Of a stretch of 64,000 nucleotides of DNA, positions 35,530 through 45,391 are shown piece by piece. How positions within the stretch are numbered: the first letter of the stretch is position 1; each line of letters begins with the position of its first letter. Both the position numbers and the translations under genes were made by a program. The notes under the pieces were generated by a model. It was not told the DNA's origin. It saw nothing but the letters and a program-made list of their open reading frames with translations, and ran no database searches. The stretch is from an uncultured Candidatus Entotheonella sp. (GTDB taxonomy: Bacteria > Tectomicrobia > Entotheonellia > Entotheonellales > Entotheonellaceae), in the NCBI GenBank assembly GCA_958295825.1, contig OY282375.1, positions 665,489 through 729,488 of the forward strand, given 5' to 3'.

Positions 35530-35841
35530 TTATTTCTTGGTCTCAGAGATGTTGAAGATTGATCGCACTACGACCAAGAACAAACCTACCACCGTAGCGG
35601 TAGTGCCTCCGATGAGCGCAATGAGGACAGAATCAGATAAAGCGAAGGAAAACAATGTGAAGTTGGGAATGGATATTCCCTGTGCGAGAATGCAGGCACC
35701 GATTCCGAGAAGCCACACGACAATCAGCCAATATACACGATTGCTGTATTTTTTTCGGTCGTTCAGCAAGTCCTCCAGGGCTTGGGTGCGGAGTTTCTCC
35801 TGAGCGAGATGCTGTTCTTTTAGGAGGAGTTGTTCCTCCAT
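35530..35841 (-). CDS. Small 2-TM membrane protein, putative toxin partner (PanT-like) of the adjacent DUF4065 protein
   Basis: MEEQLLLKEQHLAQEKLRTQALEDLLNDRKKYSNRVYWLIVVWLLGIGACILAQ...LIALIGGTTATVVGLFLVVV: N-terminal coiled coil plus two TM helices. Begins 60 nt after the DUF4065 gene stop on the same strand. Confidence 0.5.
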   Translation of the reverse strand: MEEQLLLKEQHLAQEKLRTQALEDLLNDRKKYSNRVYWLIVVWLLGIGACILAQGISIPNFTLFSFALSDSVLIALIGGTTATVVGLFLVVVRSIFNISETKK

Positions 35842-35901
35842 GGGGGTGCCTTCGTCACCTTGGGGAGGCCTAGTCTCTGAAAGACTTGACGGTATCTTCA
35901 A

Positions 35902-36417
35902 CTATTCCGCTGCCAGCTTGGAGAAATGCTCTTTGAGCAGATCTATCCCAATGTCAGTACCAAAAAGCAATTCATTAGAATTATCTGCCATGACTTTAGA
36001 CCACGGACTGTCCGCCTCGTGTGTTTTCATGGATAACTGCCCAGCCGTCCATTGCCCATACACTCCCCAAATTGCGTCGAGCAGTTTCTGTGTGTCTTTG
36101 TCTTCTTCGGGCACCTTCGGTGTTACCAATTCCAGTCTGCCTGATGCGGCGCTGCCGCGGTATTCTATGGTCGTTATGAGGTCTGTTATGGGGTCAGTAC
36201 CCCAAGATTTTAGGTCCTGGTACAGCGAAGGAATGACGGGACCATAATACCAAGCTTCCACCTGCTCGTTTATGAGCGGCTTCTGGGTAATTCCGAGGTG
36301 CCATCCATGGGCAAAGTAGACCAGCTTCTGCACCTTCATGTGGGTGATAGGTCTTTCCCGTCCGGCACGTTCCAGGAAATAGTTAGCTATGGCACAGGCT
36401 CTGTAGGGAGTAGCCAT
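35902..36417 (-). CDS. DUF4065 (Panacea domain) protein, SocA/PanA-type antitoxin-like
   Basis: MATPYRACAIANYFLERAGRERPITHMKVQKLVYFAHGWHLGITQKPLINEQVEAWYYGPVIPSLYQ..., the conserved N-terminal core of DUF4065/Panacea. Confidence 0.7.
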   Translation of the reverse strand: MATPYRACAIANYFLERAGRERPITHMKVQKLVYFAHGWHLGITQKPLINEQVEAWYYGPVIPSLYQDLKSWGTDPITDLITTIEYRGSAASGRLELVTPKVPEEDKDTQKLLDAIWGVYGQWTAGQLSMKTHEADSPWSKVMADNSNELLFGTDIGIDLLKEHFSKLAAE

Positions 36418-36610
36418 GGTTCGCCTCCATTTGGTGTGTGCGATAGTAACAGCTTGGTTTCTTCCATGCCCAGAGTGTATTCACTTATCATCTGTTTATG
36501 CGGAAGTAAATCCCACAGCATTCTCTTTTATCCCACGATATGACGTAATTTTCCAGCTTTCCATAGTTTGTTTTCCTGCAAATTGAGTGCTTGCCCCGGC
36601 GTTGATACCG

Positions 36611-37273
36611 TCAAGGAGTGCTGTCAGACACAGTCAACGAATTCTGGCACAATTGTAAAATCAACGAATTCTGGCCAAACGGCCAGATATTTTTAATTTG
36701 CATAATAGGACTCACGTCCGTTCCCACGAGTCCTGATTCCATCGCGGTTCTGTGCAATTCGCCGGTGCTTTCCAGGCTGCCTCCCGCCTGTTCGTGGAAG
36801 ACAAGAATGCGTCGGTATCCCGCTCGGAGCAGCGTTCCCGTTCCGCAGGTAAGGTCCGCGAGCCGCCTTTCGGCGTTTTTGGCGAAGAGGTCCGCCGACT
36901 TCCAATCGTCGGGATGATCGTTCCAGCGTATGGTCAGCCCGGCAAGGAGTTCCGCTGTCCATGGATTGGTGTAAAAGGCGGCGGCCTCCTTGCGGTCTTC
37001 GCTGAGCTTGGGGAATAACTCGGCGCCGATGTTGATTTGTTCGCCGAGTCTCGCCTCCTCGATTTTCAATACGGCTTCGGCGAGAAGTTTCAAGGTGAAA
37101 GCGGTGTCGCCAGGGGTGATGATTACCGTTCGTTCAAGGACTTCGACTGCGGGTTCGAAGGTTGAGCGCCAGTTCCATTCGAGGATTTGTTTCCATACCT
37201 TGATGGTGTCGGTTGGAGAAGGCGCGAGGCCAATTGGGGGGATGTCGTTGACGCCTTGCTGCATCTTGCACAA
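36611..37273 (-). pseudogene. Truncated N-terminal fragment of an N6-adenine DNA methyltransferase (type I HsdM / type IIG / PglX-like)
   Basis: ...AAFYTNPWTAELLAGLT...ADLTCGTGTLLRAGY (FYTP-like and motif I-like). Homology is lost after about 36780 and the ORF ends at about 220 aa. A full enzyme would be three to five times longer. Confidence 0.45.
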
Positions 37274-37312
37274 AAAGTCTTCGAAAAAGGGGACTTTTTG
37301 TGCAAAGCCCTG
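37262..37312. repeat. Hairpin copy of the GCACAAAAAGTC motif
   Basis: ttGCACAAAAAGTC-ttcgaaaaagg-GGACTTTTTGTGCaaagcc: a 12-bp perfect inverted repeat sharing its sequence with 31225-31260 and 55868-55888. Confidence 0.6.
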
Positions 37313-37628
37313 GTAGCGGAAGAAAAATCACTGCCTTAGTGCCTTGACTTCTGAGAGGCTACGTTTGTTGCCGGGCGGTTTCGTTCGATGCGAAGCCAGG
37401 TGGGGGCTTGCCCTGTGGAAAACACCTGTGGTAGAGTGCCCGTCACCGTTCAGAATCACTTCAAAAGGCAACGACTGCTCATGACGGATATTTCCACGAC
37501 GAGTTACCGGTTTTCTTCCACCTCCCTGTGCACCCATGAGACTGGCGGCACGTGTTGTCGCGGTACGGTCTGCTGCGTGCGCCAGCCACGGGGGTGTGGA
37601 TGAAGTAAGCTGTTTTGCCCGTCGTCAG

Positions 37629-37670
37629 AAAACGCCCGCTCCCTTGCCGCAGGCGAGGGGGCGTTTTTTT
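37629..37670 (+). terminator. Rho-independent terminator
   Basis: aaaacgcccgctccc-ttgccgcagg-cgagggggcg-ttttttt, 57 nt upstream of the cysH start. Confidence 0.6.
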
Positions 37671-37727
37671 GTCTTGTCGCCGGTTAAGTCTTGAGCCTCG
37701 GCATTGCATAGATGGAGGAGTTAAAGA

Positions 37728-38510
37728 ATGGGTTTAAAACGCATCCGCTTTGACAAAAGTGAAGTTGACGCCGTGGCCGTCAGATTCGCCGACGCCGACC
37801 CGCAGGAGGTGATCGCGTGGGCTTTGGCGGGATTCGGCGACGCTGCCATGGTGGTCACCGGCTTGCAGGCGGAAGGCATGATCATTTTGGACATGGCCTG
37901 CCGCCTCCGTCCCTCGGTTCGCGCCCTCACGGTGGACACGGGCCGCCTTCCGCAAGAGACCTATGCCTTTATCGACCGCGTCCGCGACCACTACCCGGCG
38001 ATGCGGCTGCAAACTCTCTTTCCCGACCACCGCGACATCGAAGCATTCACCCGGGAAAACGGCGTCAACTCCTTTTACAACTCGGTGGACCTGAGGATGC
38101 AGTGCTGTAATCTGCGCAAGGTGCGTCCCTTGGCGCGCGAGTTGGAAAGGACGGATGCCTGGTTTGCGGGACTCCGGCGCGACCAAAGCCCCTCGCGAGC
38201 TCACATCAGAAAGATTGAATTGGATTACACGCACGGCGGCATCGTGAAGCTCAACCCGCTCGCCGATTGGACCAAGGAAGACGTGTGGGCGTATATCCGC
38301 GAGCATGACGTGCCTTACCATCCGTTGTACGAGCAAGGCTATCCGAGTATTGGTTGTGGACCCTGCACGCGCGCCGCGTTTCCCGGTGAGGATGAGCGGG
38401 CCGGTCGCTGGTGGTGGGAAACACGTGCAGCGAAGGAATGCGGCATCCACTTCTCCCCCGTTACGGGCCGCACCAAACGAAACGGCGCCTTCGTTGCAGC
38501 CATGTCTTAG
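37728..38510 (+). CDS. cysH: Phosphoadenosine phosphosulfate (PAPS/APS) reductase
   Basis: 260 aa. PAPS-reductase fold (...AMVVTGLQAEGMIILDMA...) and the C-terminal thioredoxin-dependent signature KECGIH. Confidence 0.8.
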   Translation: MGLKRIRFDKSEVDAVAVRFADADPQEVIAWALAGFGDAAMVVTGLQAEGMIILDMACRLRPSVRALTVDTGRLPQETYAFIDRVRDHYPAMRLQTLFPDHRDIEAFTRENGVNSFYNSVDLRMQCCNLRKVRPLARELERTDAWFAGLRRDQSPSRAHIRKIELDYTHGGIVKLNPLADWTKEDVWAYIREHDVPYHPLYEQGYPSIGCGPCTRAAFPGEDERAGRWWWETRAAKECGIHFSPVTGRTKRNGAFVAAMS

Positions 38511-38853
38511 CGTCTGTTGACATTCACGCGATCGACACGAAGGGGGTGTTTGAGAGTGATTCCGCCTTTGTTCTGGCCGGTTTCAGAAGTCGCCTTGCGG
38601 CCTCATCGTCACGCTTCCCATGCCTGGGAGCGCGGGCTTCCAGCCCGCTAAGGCGGAACCCGGCGGGCAAGATGCCCGCGCTCCCAGGAGAGGCATCGCG
38701 ATTTACAACCGCTCTCCAAAGACCGGTAGGGTGCTGATTTCTGGCATCCCCATGGGCTCCCGCGCCAAGCCGGCGACTCATACGACCGTAGGGTCGCTCT
38801 CGTGAATGTCAACAGGGTCCTGGAGTCTGTTCCATCGTGTGACGGGCGCCTCG

Positions 38854-38883
38854 TTGACAGCCTCAAGGCTCGGCGCTTATAAT
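38854..38883 (+). promoter_or_regulatory. Near-consensus sigma70 promoter (TTGACA-N18-TATAAT)
   Basis: cgTTGACAgcctcaaggctcggcgctTATAATac, about 100 nt upstream of the dksA/traR-like gene. Confidence 0.5.
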
Positions 38884-38987
38884 ACTGCCCTTTTTTCCGC
38901 GAGGGGCGGTTGCCAGAATGCGTTCTTGCTGGTCTCTCCTGGATCACGTTTTCCGGTGCAAGTCATTATCAGAGGGTGGCAACGTCA

Positions 38988-39364
38988 TGACAGAAGCATA
39001 CGAAAAGATACGGACGGATTTACAACGGCGGCGTCAGGGCATCCTCTCCAAAATATCCGGCGAACAACACCTGCAGGCGATAGATGATGAGGCCACCCAC
39101 GGAGATTCCCTCGATATTGCCAGCAATGCCCGCGACCGCGAAATTACGTTCATGCTGAAAAGCCGCGAGCTGGATGAGTTGCGCGCCATTGAGGATGCCC
39201 TCGAGCGCATGACTCACGACGATTACGGGATTTGCGCGAACTGCGAAGACGCGATCGAAACCAAGCGCCTTGAAGCGATTCCGTGGACACGTTTCTGCCG
39301 CGGCTGCCAGGAAGAAATGGAAAGCCGCAAAGCCGGTGGGCGTCTGAATTACGACGTGTCGTAA
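38988..39364 (+). CDS. DksA/TraR-family C4-type zinc-finger protein
   Basis: MTEAYEKIRTDLQRRRQGILSKI... coiled-coil region plus CANCEDAIETKRLEAIPWTRFCRGCQ four-Cys finger. Confidence 0.75.
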
Positions 39365-39382
39365 CCTCTCTGAGTCTCCCTC

Positions 39383-41890
39383 ATGGCAAGCGACGCCGAG
39401 CTCGCTCGATCCTCCGCTTCTGATTCCACGCCCCTGTCCACGTCAGCCCCTTGCATCGCCAAGGTCGTCGTCGAACTTCCCATCGAAGACCCGCTTGACT
39501 ACCGCGTTCCGCCAGCTCTTGAGGAGCATTGTGCGGTGGGGCAACGGGTGATGGTGCCGGTCGGGCGCCGGGAACTTCTCGGCTACATCGTCGGGTTTGC
39601 CGCCCGCAGCACCGTAGCCGGTCTCAAACCGTTGAATGAGGTGCTGGACGAGACACCGGTGGTCCCGGCCGACCTGCTGCGGTTGACGAAGTGGGTTGCC
39701 GACTACTACCTGTGTTCGTGGGGTCAGGTCCTGAAGGCCGCCATGCCCGAGGGCTTCCGCGAACGCTCGGCCACCGTTTACGACCTGACCCCCGAGGCCC
39801 GGCAAGCGCCGGCGACATGGCCGGCGGGCAGGGCAGGGGAGGTGCTTCGTTGTCTGGAACGCCAAGGCGTCTTGCGCCGGCAAGACCTCGCCAAAGCCGT
39901 TGGCGCCGGCAACCTCGCGGCCTTGCTGCGGCGTCTGCAGAATCAAGGACTCGTCAGCCAGACCCGCCAGCGCCATGCTCCCAAGGTGCGGGAACGCACG
40001 ACAACCATGCTGCGCCTGCTTCCCGCGGCTGACGCCGCCCGAGCTCTGGTGGAACAGATTCGCCCCCGCGCTCCGAACCAGGCGCGGGTCCTGGCCTTCC
40101 TGCTGGAACAGCCGGCGTGCGAACTGAAGACGCTGCGTCGTCAGCTTGCGGGCGCCCCGGCTGCCGTCAAGCGCCTGCAGCAGCAGGGGGTCGTGGAGGC
40201 ATACGAGGTCGAGGACCTGCGCCGGGTCGTCCCGTCGCCGCCCGACCAGCCGCCCGCGCTGCCTGTCCTGAATGATGCCCAACGGCGTGCCCTGGAGCAG
40301 ATCGAGGTCAAGCTGGCGGCGCCGGACGGAATACCGATTCTGTTGCACGGCATTACCGGCAGCGGCAAGACCGAGGTTTACATGCGCGCGATTGCCGGCG
40401 TGCTCCGCCAAGGCAAATCGGCGCTTGTCCTGGTGCCTGAAATTGCTCTGACCGACCAACTCGTGCAGCGCTTTGCGGCCCGTTTTCCTTCCCGGCTCGG
40501 CGTTCTGCACAGCGGCCTTTCCGGCGGGGAACGCTTCGACGAATGGCGTCGTCTGGCGCGCGGCGAAGCCCAGATCGCCATCGGAACCCGCTCGGCGGTT
40601 TTCGCCCCGCTGCGGCATCTCGGCCTTATTGTCGTTGACGAAGAGCACGACACCTCCTACAAGCAGGAGGAAGCGCCGCGCTACAACGCCCGCGACGTCG
40701 CCATCGTTCGCGCTCGGCAGAGCGGGGCGGTGGTGGTCCTGGGCAGCGCGACCCCGGCGGTGGAATCGTTCCACAATGCCCAAACGGGCAAGTACCTGCT
40801 CCTGTCGCTGCCGCATCGTATCGACGACAAGCCGCTGCCGGCTATCACGCTGGTGGACCAGCGGGAGCACACGGCGCCGAACGAACGCATCGTCTCCGAC
40901 CCACTGCGGGAAGCCATCGCCGCCTGCCTGGAGCGCCGTGAACAATGCCTCATTCTGATTAACCGGCGCGGTTTTGCCGCCTACCTGCAATGCCGTGATT
41001 GCGGCACCGTTCCCTACTGCGAACATTGCAGCGTGGCGCTGACGTATCACCGCGGCACCCATAGACTGCGGTGCCATTACTGCGGCTTCAACCAAACGGT
41101 GCCGACATTCTGCACGGGGTGCGAAAGCGCCGCGCTGCGGCCCCACGGGCTCGGCACCCAGCAGGTCGAAGCGGTGCTGAGCGCGCTGTTTCCCGAGGCG
41201 CGCCTGGCCCGCATGGACCGCGACACCACGCGCGCCAAGGCGGCGCATCAGCGCATTCTGCGTGCCCTGGGCAACGGCGACATCGACATCCTGGTTGGTA
41301 CCCAGATGATTGCCAAAGGCCACGATTACCCCAACATCACCCTGGTCGGGGTGGTGTCCGCCGACGCCAGCCTGTCGATGCCCGACTTCCGGGCCCCCGA
41401 ACGCCTGTTGCAACTGCTGACCCAGGTCGCCGGGCGGGCCGGGCGAGGCGAACGCCCCGGACGCGTGCTCATACAGACCTACCGCCCGGAGCATGACAGC
41501 GTGACTTTCACCTACGAGCATGACTTCACCGGCTTCTTCCGACACGAGACCGCCCGGCGGCGGGACGTAATGTACCCGCCGTTTTCCCGCTTGGCGCGCT
41601 TGATTGTCGAGAGCCCCAAGGCCGAGCAGGCGGAGGCGACCAGCCAGCGCATCGGCCAGGAGTTGCAACGTCAGATTGCGCCGCGCTCTGACGTCACCGT
41701 CCTGGGGCCGGCCGAGACGCCCATCGCCAAGTTGCACGACCGCTACCGCTGGCACCTCCTCGTGAAGAGCGTGTCGAGCAAGGCGTTGCACCAATGCCTC
41801 ATCGCCGGATTGGCGGAAGCCCGCCGGCGCCAGGCTTTCCCGCGGTTGACGCGCGTCAGCGTGGATATTGATCCGGTCAGTTTTCTGTGA
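39383..41890 (+). CDS. priA: Primosomal protein N' (PriA replication-restart helicase)
   Basis: 835 aa. Helicase motifs HGITGSGKTEVY, VVDEEHD, GSATPA. Cys-rich zinc-binding region CRDCGTVPYCEHCSVALTYHRGTHRLRCHYCG. C-terminal domain. Confidence 0.9.
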   Translation: MASDAELARSSASDSTPLSTSAPCIAKVVVELPIEDPLDYRVPPALEEHCAVGQRVMVPVGRRELLGYIVGFAARSTVAGLKPLNEVLDETPVVPADLLRLTKWVADYYLCSWGQVLKAAMPEGFRERSATVYDLTPEARQAPATWPAGRAGEVLRCLERQGVLRRQDLAKAVGAGNLAALLRRLQNQGLVSQTRQRHAPKVRERTTTMLRLLPAADAARALVEQIRPRAPNQARVLAFLLEQPACELKTLRRQLAGAPAAVKRLQQQGVVEAYEVEDLRRVVPSPPDQPPALPVLNDAQRRALEQIEVKLAAPDGIPILLHGITGSGKTEVYMRAIAGVLRQGKSALVLVPEIALTDQLVQRFAARFPSRLGVLHSGLSGGERFDEWRRLARGEAQIAIGTRSAVFAPLRHLGLIVVDEEHDTSYKQEEAPRYNARDVAIVRARQSGAVVVLGSATPAVESFHNAQTGKYLLLSLPHRIDDKPLPAITLVDQREHTAPNERIVSDPLREAIAACLERREQCLILINRRGFAAYLQCRDCGTVPYCEHCSVALTYHRGTHRLRCHYCGFNQTVPTFCTGCESAALRPHGLGTQQVEAVLSALFPEARLARMDRDTTRAKAAHQRILRALGNGDIDILVGTQMIAKGHDYPNITLVGVVSADASLSMPDFRAPERLLQLLTQVAGRAGRGERPGRVLIQTYRPEHDSVTFTYEHDFTGFFRHETARRRDVMYPPFSRLARLIVESPKAEQAEATSQRIGQELQRQIAPRSDVTVLGPAETPIAKLHDRYRWHLLVKSVSSKALHQCLIAGLAEARRRQAFPRLTRVSVDIDPVSFL

Positions 41891-42122
41891 CGGGGAGGTA
41901 TCTGGACGGGTGATGACTCGCGAGGAAGGGGTGGCATAAACAAGGTTTTGAACGAATTGCGAGCGGACTTTCGGTTGGGGTTTCGACACCCTGAACAGAT
42001 GTCTTCAGTTTCTGATCGTCGTTGCTGTCAGCCCTCTGACGATTGATTGACTGGGTGGGGTCGGGTCGCGGTGGTGCTGAAACTGGTCTGGCGTCGGAAT
42101 AGGGCAGCCGGAAAGGGGAACA

Positions 42123-42341
42123 ATGGCTGAAGAATTTGTCCGCAAGGAGCACTTCGACGAGTCCGCCGTTCGTATAGATGAGCGTTTTCTTGGCATTGAA
42201 AAGCGGATGGAACAGGGTTTTGCCCACGCGGAAAAGGCACGGGAACAGAGTTTTGTTCATCTCAACCAGCGGCTCGATAGCATTGAACGCCGCCCACCGC
42301 ACCCGCACTTCCGCGACGCTACCAATCCGAGCGACTCTTGA
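42123..42341 (+). CDS. Small hypothetical protein
   Basis: 72-aa ORF with a GGAAAGGGGAACA-ATG RBS. Charged and helical, no recognisable family. Confidence 0.3.
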   Translation: MAEEFVRKEHFDESAVRIDERFLGIEKRMEQGFAHAEKAREQSFVHLNQRLDSIERRPPHPHFRDATNPSDS

Positions 42342-42350
42342 GGGAATCCC

Positions 42351-44355
42351 CATGCGAGCCCTGGAAATGCGCGCCGTAGCCCGGTGCATCGTCCGTTTCA
42401 GCCGTGACCGCAAGGCGTGTCTGTACTACACCGCCTGCGTCGTCTTGCTTGTCGCCGCGGCGGGGCTGCGCTTCCATGATCTGTCCGAGCACCAGCTACG
42501 GTTCGACGAAGCGGTAACGGCCAACAATTCGAGAGGCACACTCTCGGAAGTCGTCTCAGGCACTCGTTGCTGCAACTCCAATCCGATCCTGTACCCCTTG
42601 GTCCTGTACGCGGTGCAGAAAGTCGAGAGCACGATCTTCAGCGTCCGAATTGTGCCGGCGACGGCCAGCGTTCTGACCATCGCCTTGATGCTCTTCTTTC
42701 TGCCGCGCCTCGGCGTCGCTCGGGGCGCCGCGTTTCTGGCGGCCCTGCTCGCCACGCTTTCCGTTGAGGCAATCCGGCACGCCCAGGATGTGCGGGAATA
42801 TTCCATTGACGCGCTGGTGGCCCTGTTCATGGTGGCGGGGCTGCTACGGTATCTGCGAGACGGAAGGACCGCCCTGCTCTGCGTCTCTCTGTTCCTCGCG
42901 CCGCTTCTCCAGTACGGCTTGGTCCTGTTCGGCGCCGCCGTCATTGGCGCCGCCCTCGTCGCTCCACGCGTCTCCGGACAGGGAAGGTGGAGTGCCTATC
43001 CTGGCCGGATTGGTGGCTGGCTGAAAAGGCGCCTGGACTTGGCCGCGCCCTGTGGGTTCTTCCTGGCCGGAGGTGCCTTGAGTTACTTGGCGACCTTGCG
43101 CCATCAATGGCAGGAAGGGGGGTTCGCCTCGGGTAGTTATTTATCGGGGTATTACTATCAGGAAAAATTCGATGCGTACTCGATTTTCGAGTTTTCGATT
43201 GACGGTATTTGGAGCTTGTTGAAGTATCATTTGCCGGAGGTTGTTGCGATAGCGGCGCTTCCCGCATTCGCGATCCTCCTGATCGCGGCGTTCCTCCGGC
43301 AATTTCAATACGGCGCCATCGCAGTTTCATTCTCGTTTTGCATTGCGGTTTCCGTCGGTGCTGCCGTGCTGGGCATATATCCGCTTGGGGATATTAGGCA
43401 AAGCATCTATCTGGGTCCGATTATTTTCCTGGCGGTCGGTTTGGCGTTTCATTCAGGAGCTGACGCGCTGGCGTCGACCGCACGGCAAGCATGGCTGGGG
43501 CCCCTATTGATCGTGTTATCCGCAAGCGCAGTAGTGCTTTCCGGAGTAGATGCCATACGGCAGATAGATTTGTACCGGCCCCATGACAAAGGCGAGGAGA
43601 TTGTTTCCGTACTACAGGAGCGCACACAAGAAGATGATGTTTTATGCTATCACAGAGACAATCGAGAACTTATAGAATTCCATCTAAAACCGGATCGAGG
43701 AAGGTTAGTATTTGATGGATTAGTTTTTGACGGAAAGGTAGGTCGTGGGTATGGAGAAGAACTATGTTTACAAGAAATGATCGACGAGATCACTCCGTGG
43801 ATTGGAAGAAGCAGACTCTGGTTGGTCTCCAAATACCCTCTGCCCTTTCTGGGAATGCTGCAGACGATGGCCGCGCACGTTCTGGTTGAGCACGTCGTTT
43901 CTGATGGAACACCCAATCTCTATCTGATTGAAGATGCGAAATCCTTGATTCAAATCGCCACCGCCACTGATATGTTTCGAGACATAAAGCCAATCCTACC
44001 TCGCGAGCCGTCAATCCGCTCCACCTTCGACATCTATCTCCGCGGGAACACACTGGTCTATTTCAAGGAACCGTGCGGCGCAGAGTACATGCAGGCAACC
44101 TTCTTCCTGCACTACCAGCCCGTTCACGGGGACGACCTGCCGGCTGATCGCCAACAATATGGCTTCGATGGCGTCCACTTCAACATCTTCGGCTCCAACA
44201 TCTTCAACATCCAAGAGATGCCAGTCGAGCAATGCGTCGCTTCGCAAGAGTTGCCCGACTACGCCATCGCCCTCATCCGCACCGGCCAGTTCTCGTCTAA
44301 TGAGGACGGCTCCTACACAAACATCTGGGAAGGCGAGATCCGCTTCGATGAGTAG
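42351..44355 (+). CDS. GT-C-fold glycosyltransferase (ArnT/PMT family 39-like) membrane protein with a large C-terminal soluble domain
   Basis: N-terminal ~430 aa carry more than 10 TM helices with an ArnT/PMT-like loop arrangement. The ~230-aa C-terminal domain is unassigned. The start is taken at the ATG at 42351 (MRALEMRAVARC...). Confidence 0.6.
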
Positions 44356-44563
44356 CCGGGCGACGGCCGGCGCCTCCCGGCCCCACGTCGCGGTGATCGG
44401 CGGCGGCTTCTGCGGGCTCGCCGCGGCCTACGAACTGGGCCGGCGCGGTGTCCGCGCCACGGTGCTGGAACGCGACGCCGAAATCGGCGGCCTCGCCGGC
44501 AGCTTCATCGCCGGCGGCACGCGGCTCGAACGGTTACCAAAGTATATAATTCCCTTCCCGTAG
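44348..44563 (+). pseudogene. N-terminal fragment of a FAD-dependent oxidoreductase (phytoene-desaturase/amine-oxidase-like)
   Basis: MSSRATAGASRPHVAVIGGGFCGLAAAYELGRRGVRATVLERDAEIGGLAGSF... is a Rossmann dinucleotide-binding motif. The ORF stops after 71 codons and the sequence becomes unrelated. Confidence 0.5.
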
Positions 44564-44653
44564 GGCGAGTGGTCATCTGTACAGGTCCATAGGACTTCCC
44601 AACGCATTCTGTAAGCTTGATTCCTTCGGCAGTTTGTCGTATTTCCCATTAGG

Positions 44654-44766
44654 AAGCGCCGCGTTACAACGCCCGCGACGTTGCCATCGTTCGCGCCCGG
44701 CAGAGCCGGGCGGTGGTGGTCCTGGGCAGCGCGGTCCCAGCAGTGGAATCGTTCCACAATGCCCAA
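44654..44766 (+). repeat. Displaced about 113-bp duplicate of an internal priA segment
   Basis: About 93% identical to 40670-40783 (priA codons ...[38 protein letters not shown]). Confidence 0.75.
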
Positions 44767-45063
44767 CTGATTGATGCCGAACGGCGTACTGGATAGCGCA
44801 TGGCAGCAGCCCCACATCGCCGGCGCAAACACCCGCTCGCCATCGTCGGGGGCAGGCAAGATCGCGCGATTGTGCGCCAAGCACACAGCGCCCCTCAACG
44901 TCGTGTCTGTCCTGACTCGTCGTAATACCCTCTGTCACGCCTCTCCCGCCGGATGATTCTGGATACGGTTTTCATAATCGCAACGTGGTACATTCCTGGG
45001 AGTTGGTAATGGTTAATCTATGATGCAAGCCTGAATGACAGTGCAGGCCAACCAAGTCAGGCT

Positions 45064-45285
45064 GTGTTTGTGGGGGCAACCTTGAAAGTCTATGGTGTTG
45101 TTCTGAATGAGATGAAGGCAAAAAATTCGGAAGTTGTAAAACGTATTTCCCAAACATATCCAACCCCTCATCTCGCTACCAAGGAAGACATTCAGAAGAC
45201 AAAGGTCTGGATTTTGAGTAGCGTGATAGGTGGAATAATCGTTGCCGCAGGGCTGACCATCGCCATTATGAAACTCTTCATGTAA
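45064..45285 (+). CDS. Small protein with C-terminal TM helix, hypothetical (AT-rich)
   Basis: 73 aa, ...KVWILSSVIGGIIVAAGLTIAIMKLFM. Located in the scar zone upstream of the MmeI-like gene. Confidence 0.3.
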   Translation: MFVGATLKVYGVVLNEMKAKNSEVVKRISQTYPTPHLATKEDIQKTKVWILSSVIGGIIVAAGLTIAIMKLFM

Positions 45286-45391
45286 GTCGCCAACTCTCTC
45301 GAAACTTCAGCTTCTTTACCCCCATGCTCCCTGCAAACAGCGTCATTTGGTTGGCCGTGTGCCTGCTACGGAATCACGGAAGGCCAGAGCC

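Noticed and set aside
37330-37700. SAM-I riboswitch upstream of cysH
   Set aside because: The arrangement of a leader plus terminator is suggestive. However, I could not find the conserved SAM-I core elements (GAGGGA...GCCC...GCAACC, kink-turn) in the sequence, so I report it only as an unclassified leader.
38680-38810. Possible SRP, tmRNA or tRNA-like RNA in the cysH-dksA intergenic region
   Set aside because: GC-rich and with some complementarity, but no cloverleaf could be drawn. The SRP domain IV consensus (GGAAGGAAGCAGCC) and the tmRNA tag-reading-frame features are absent.
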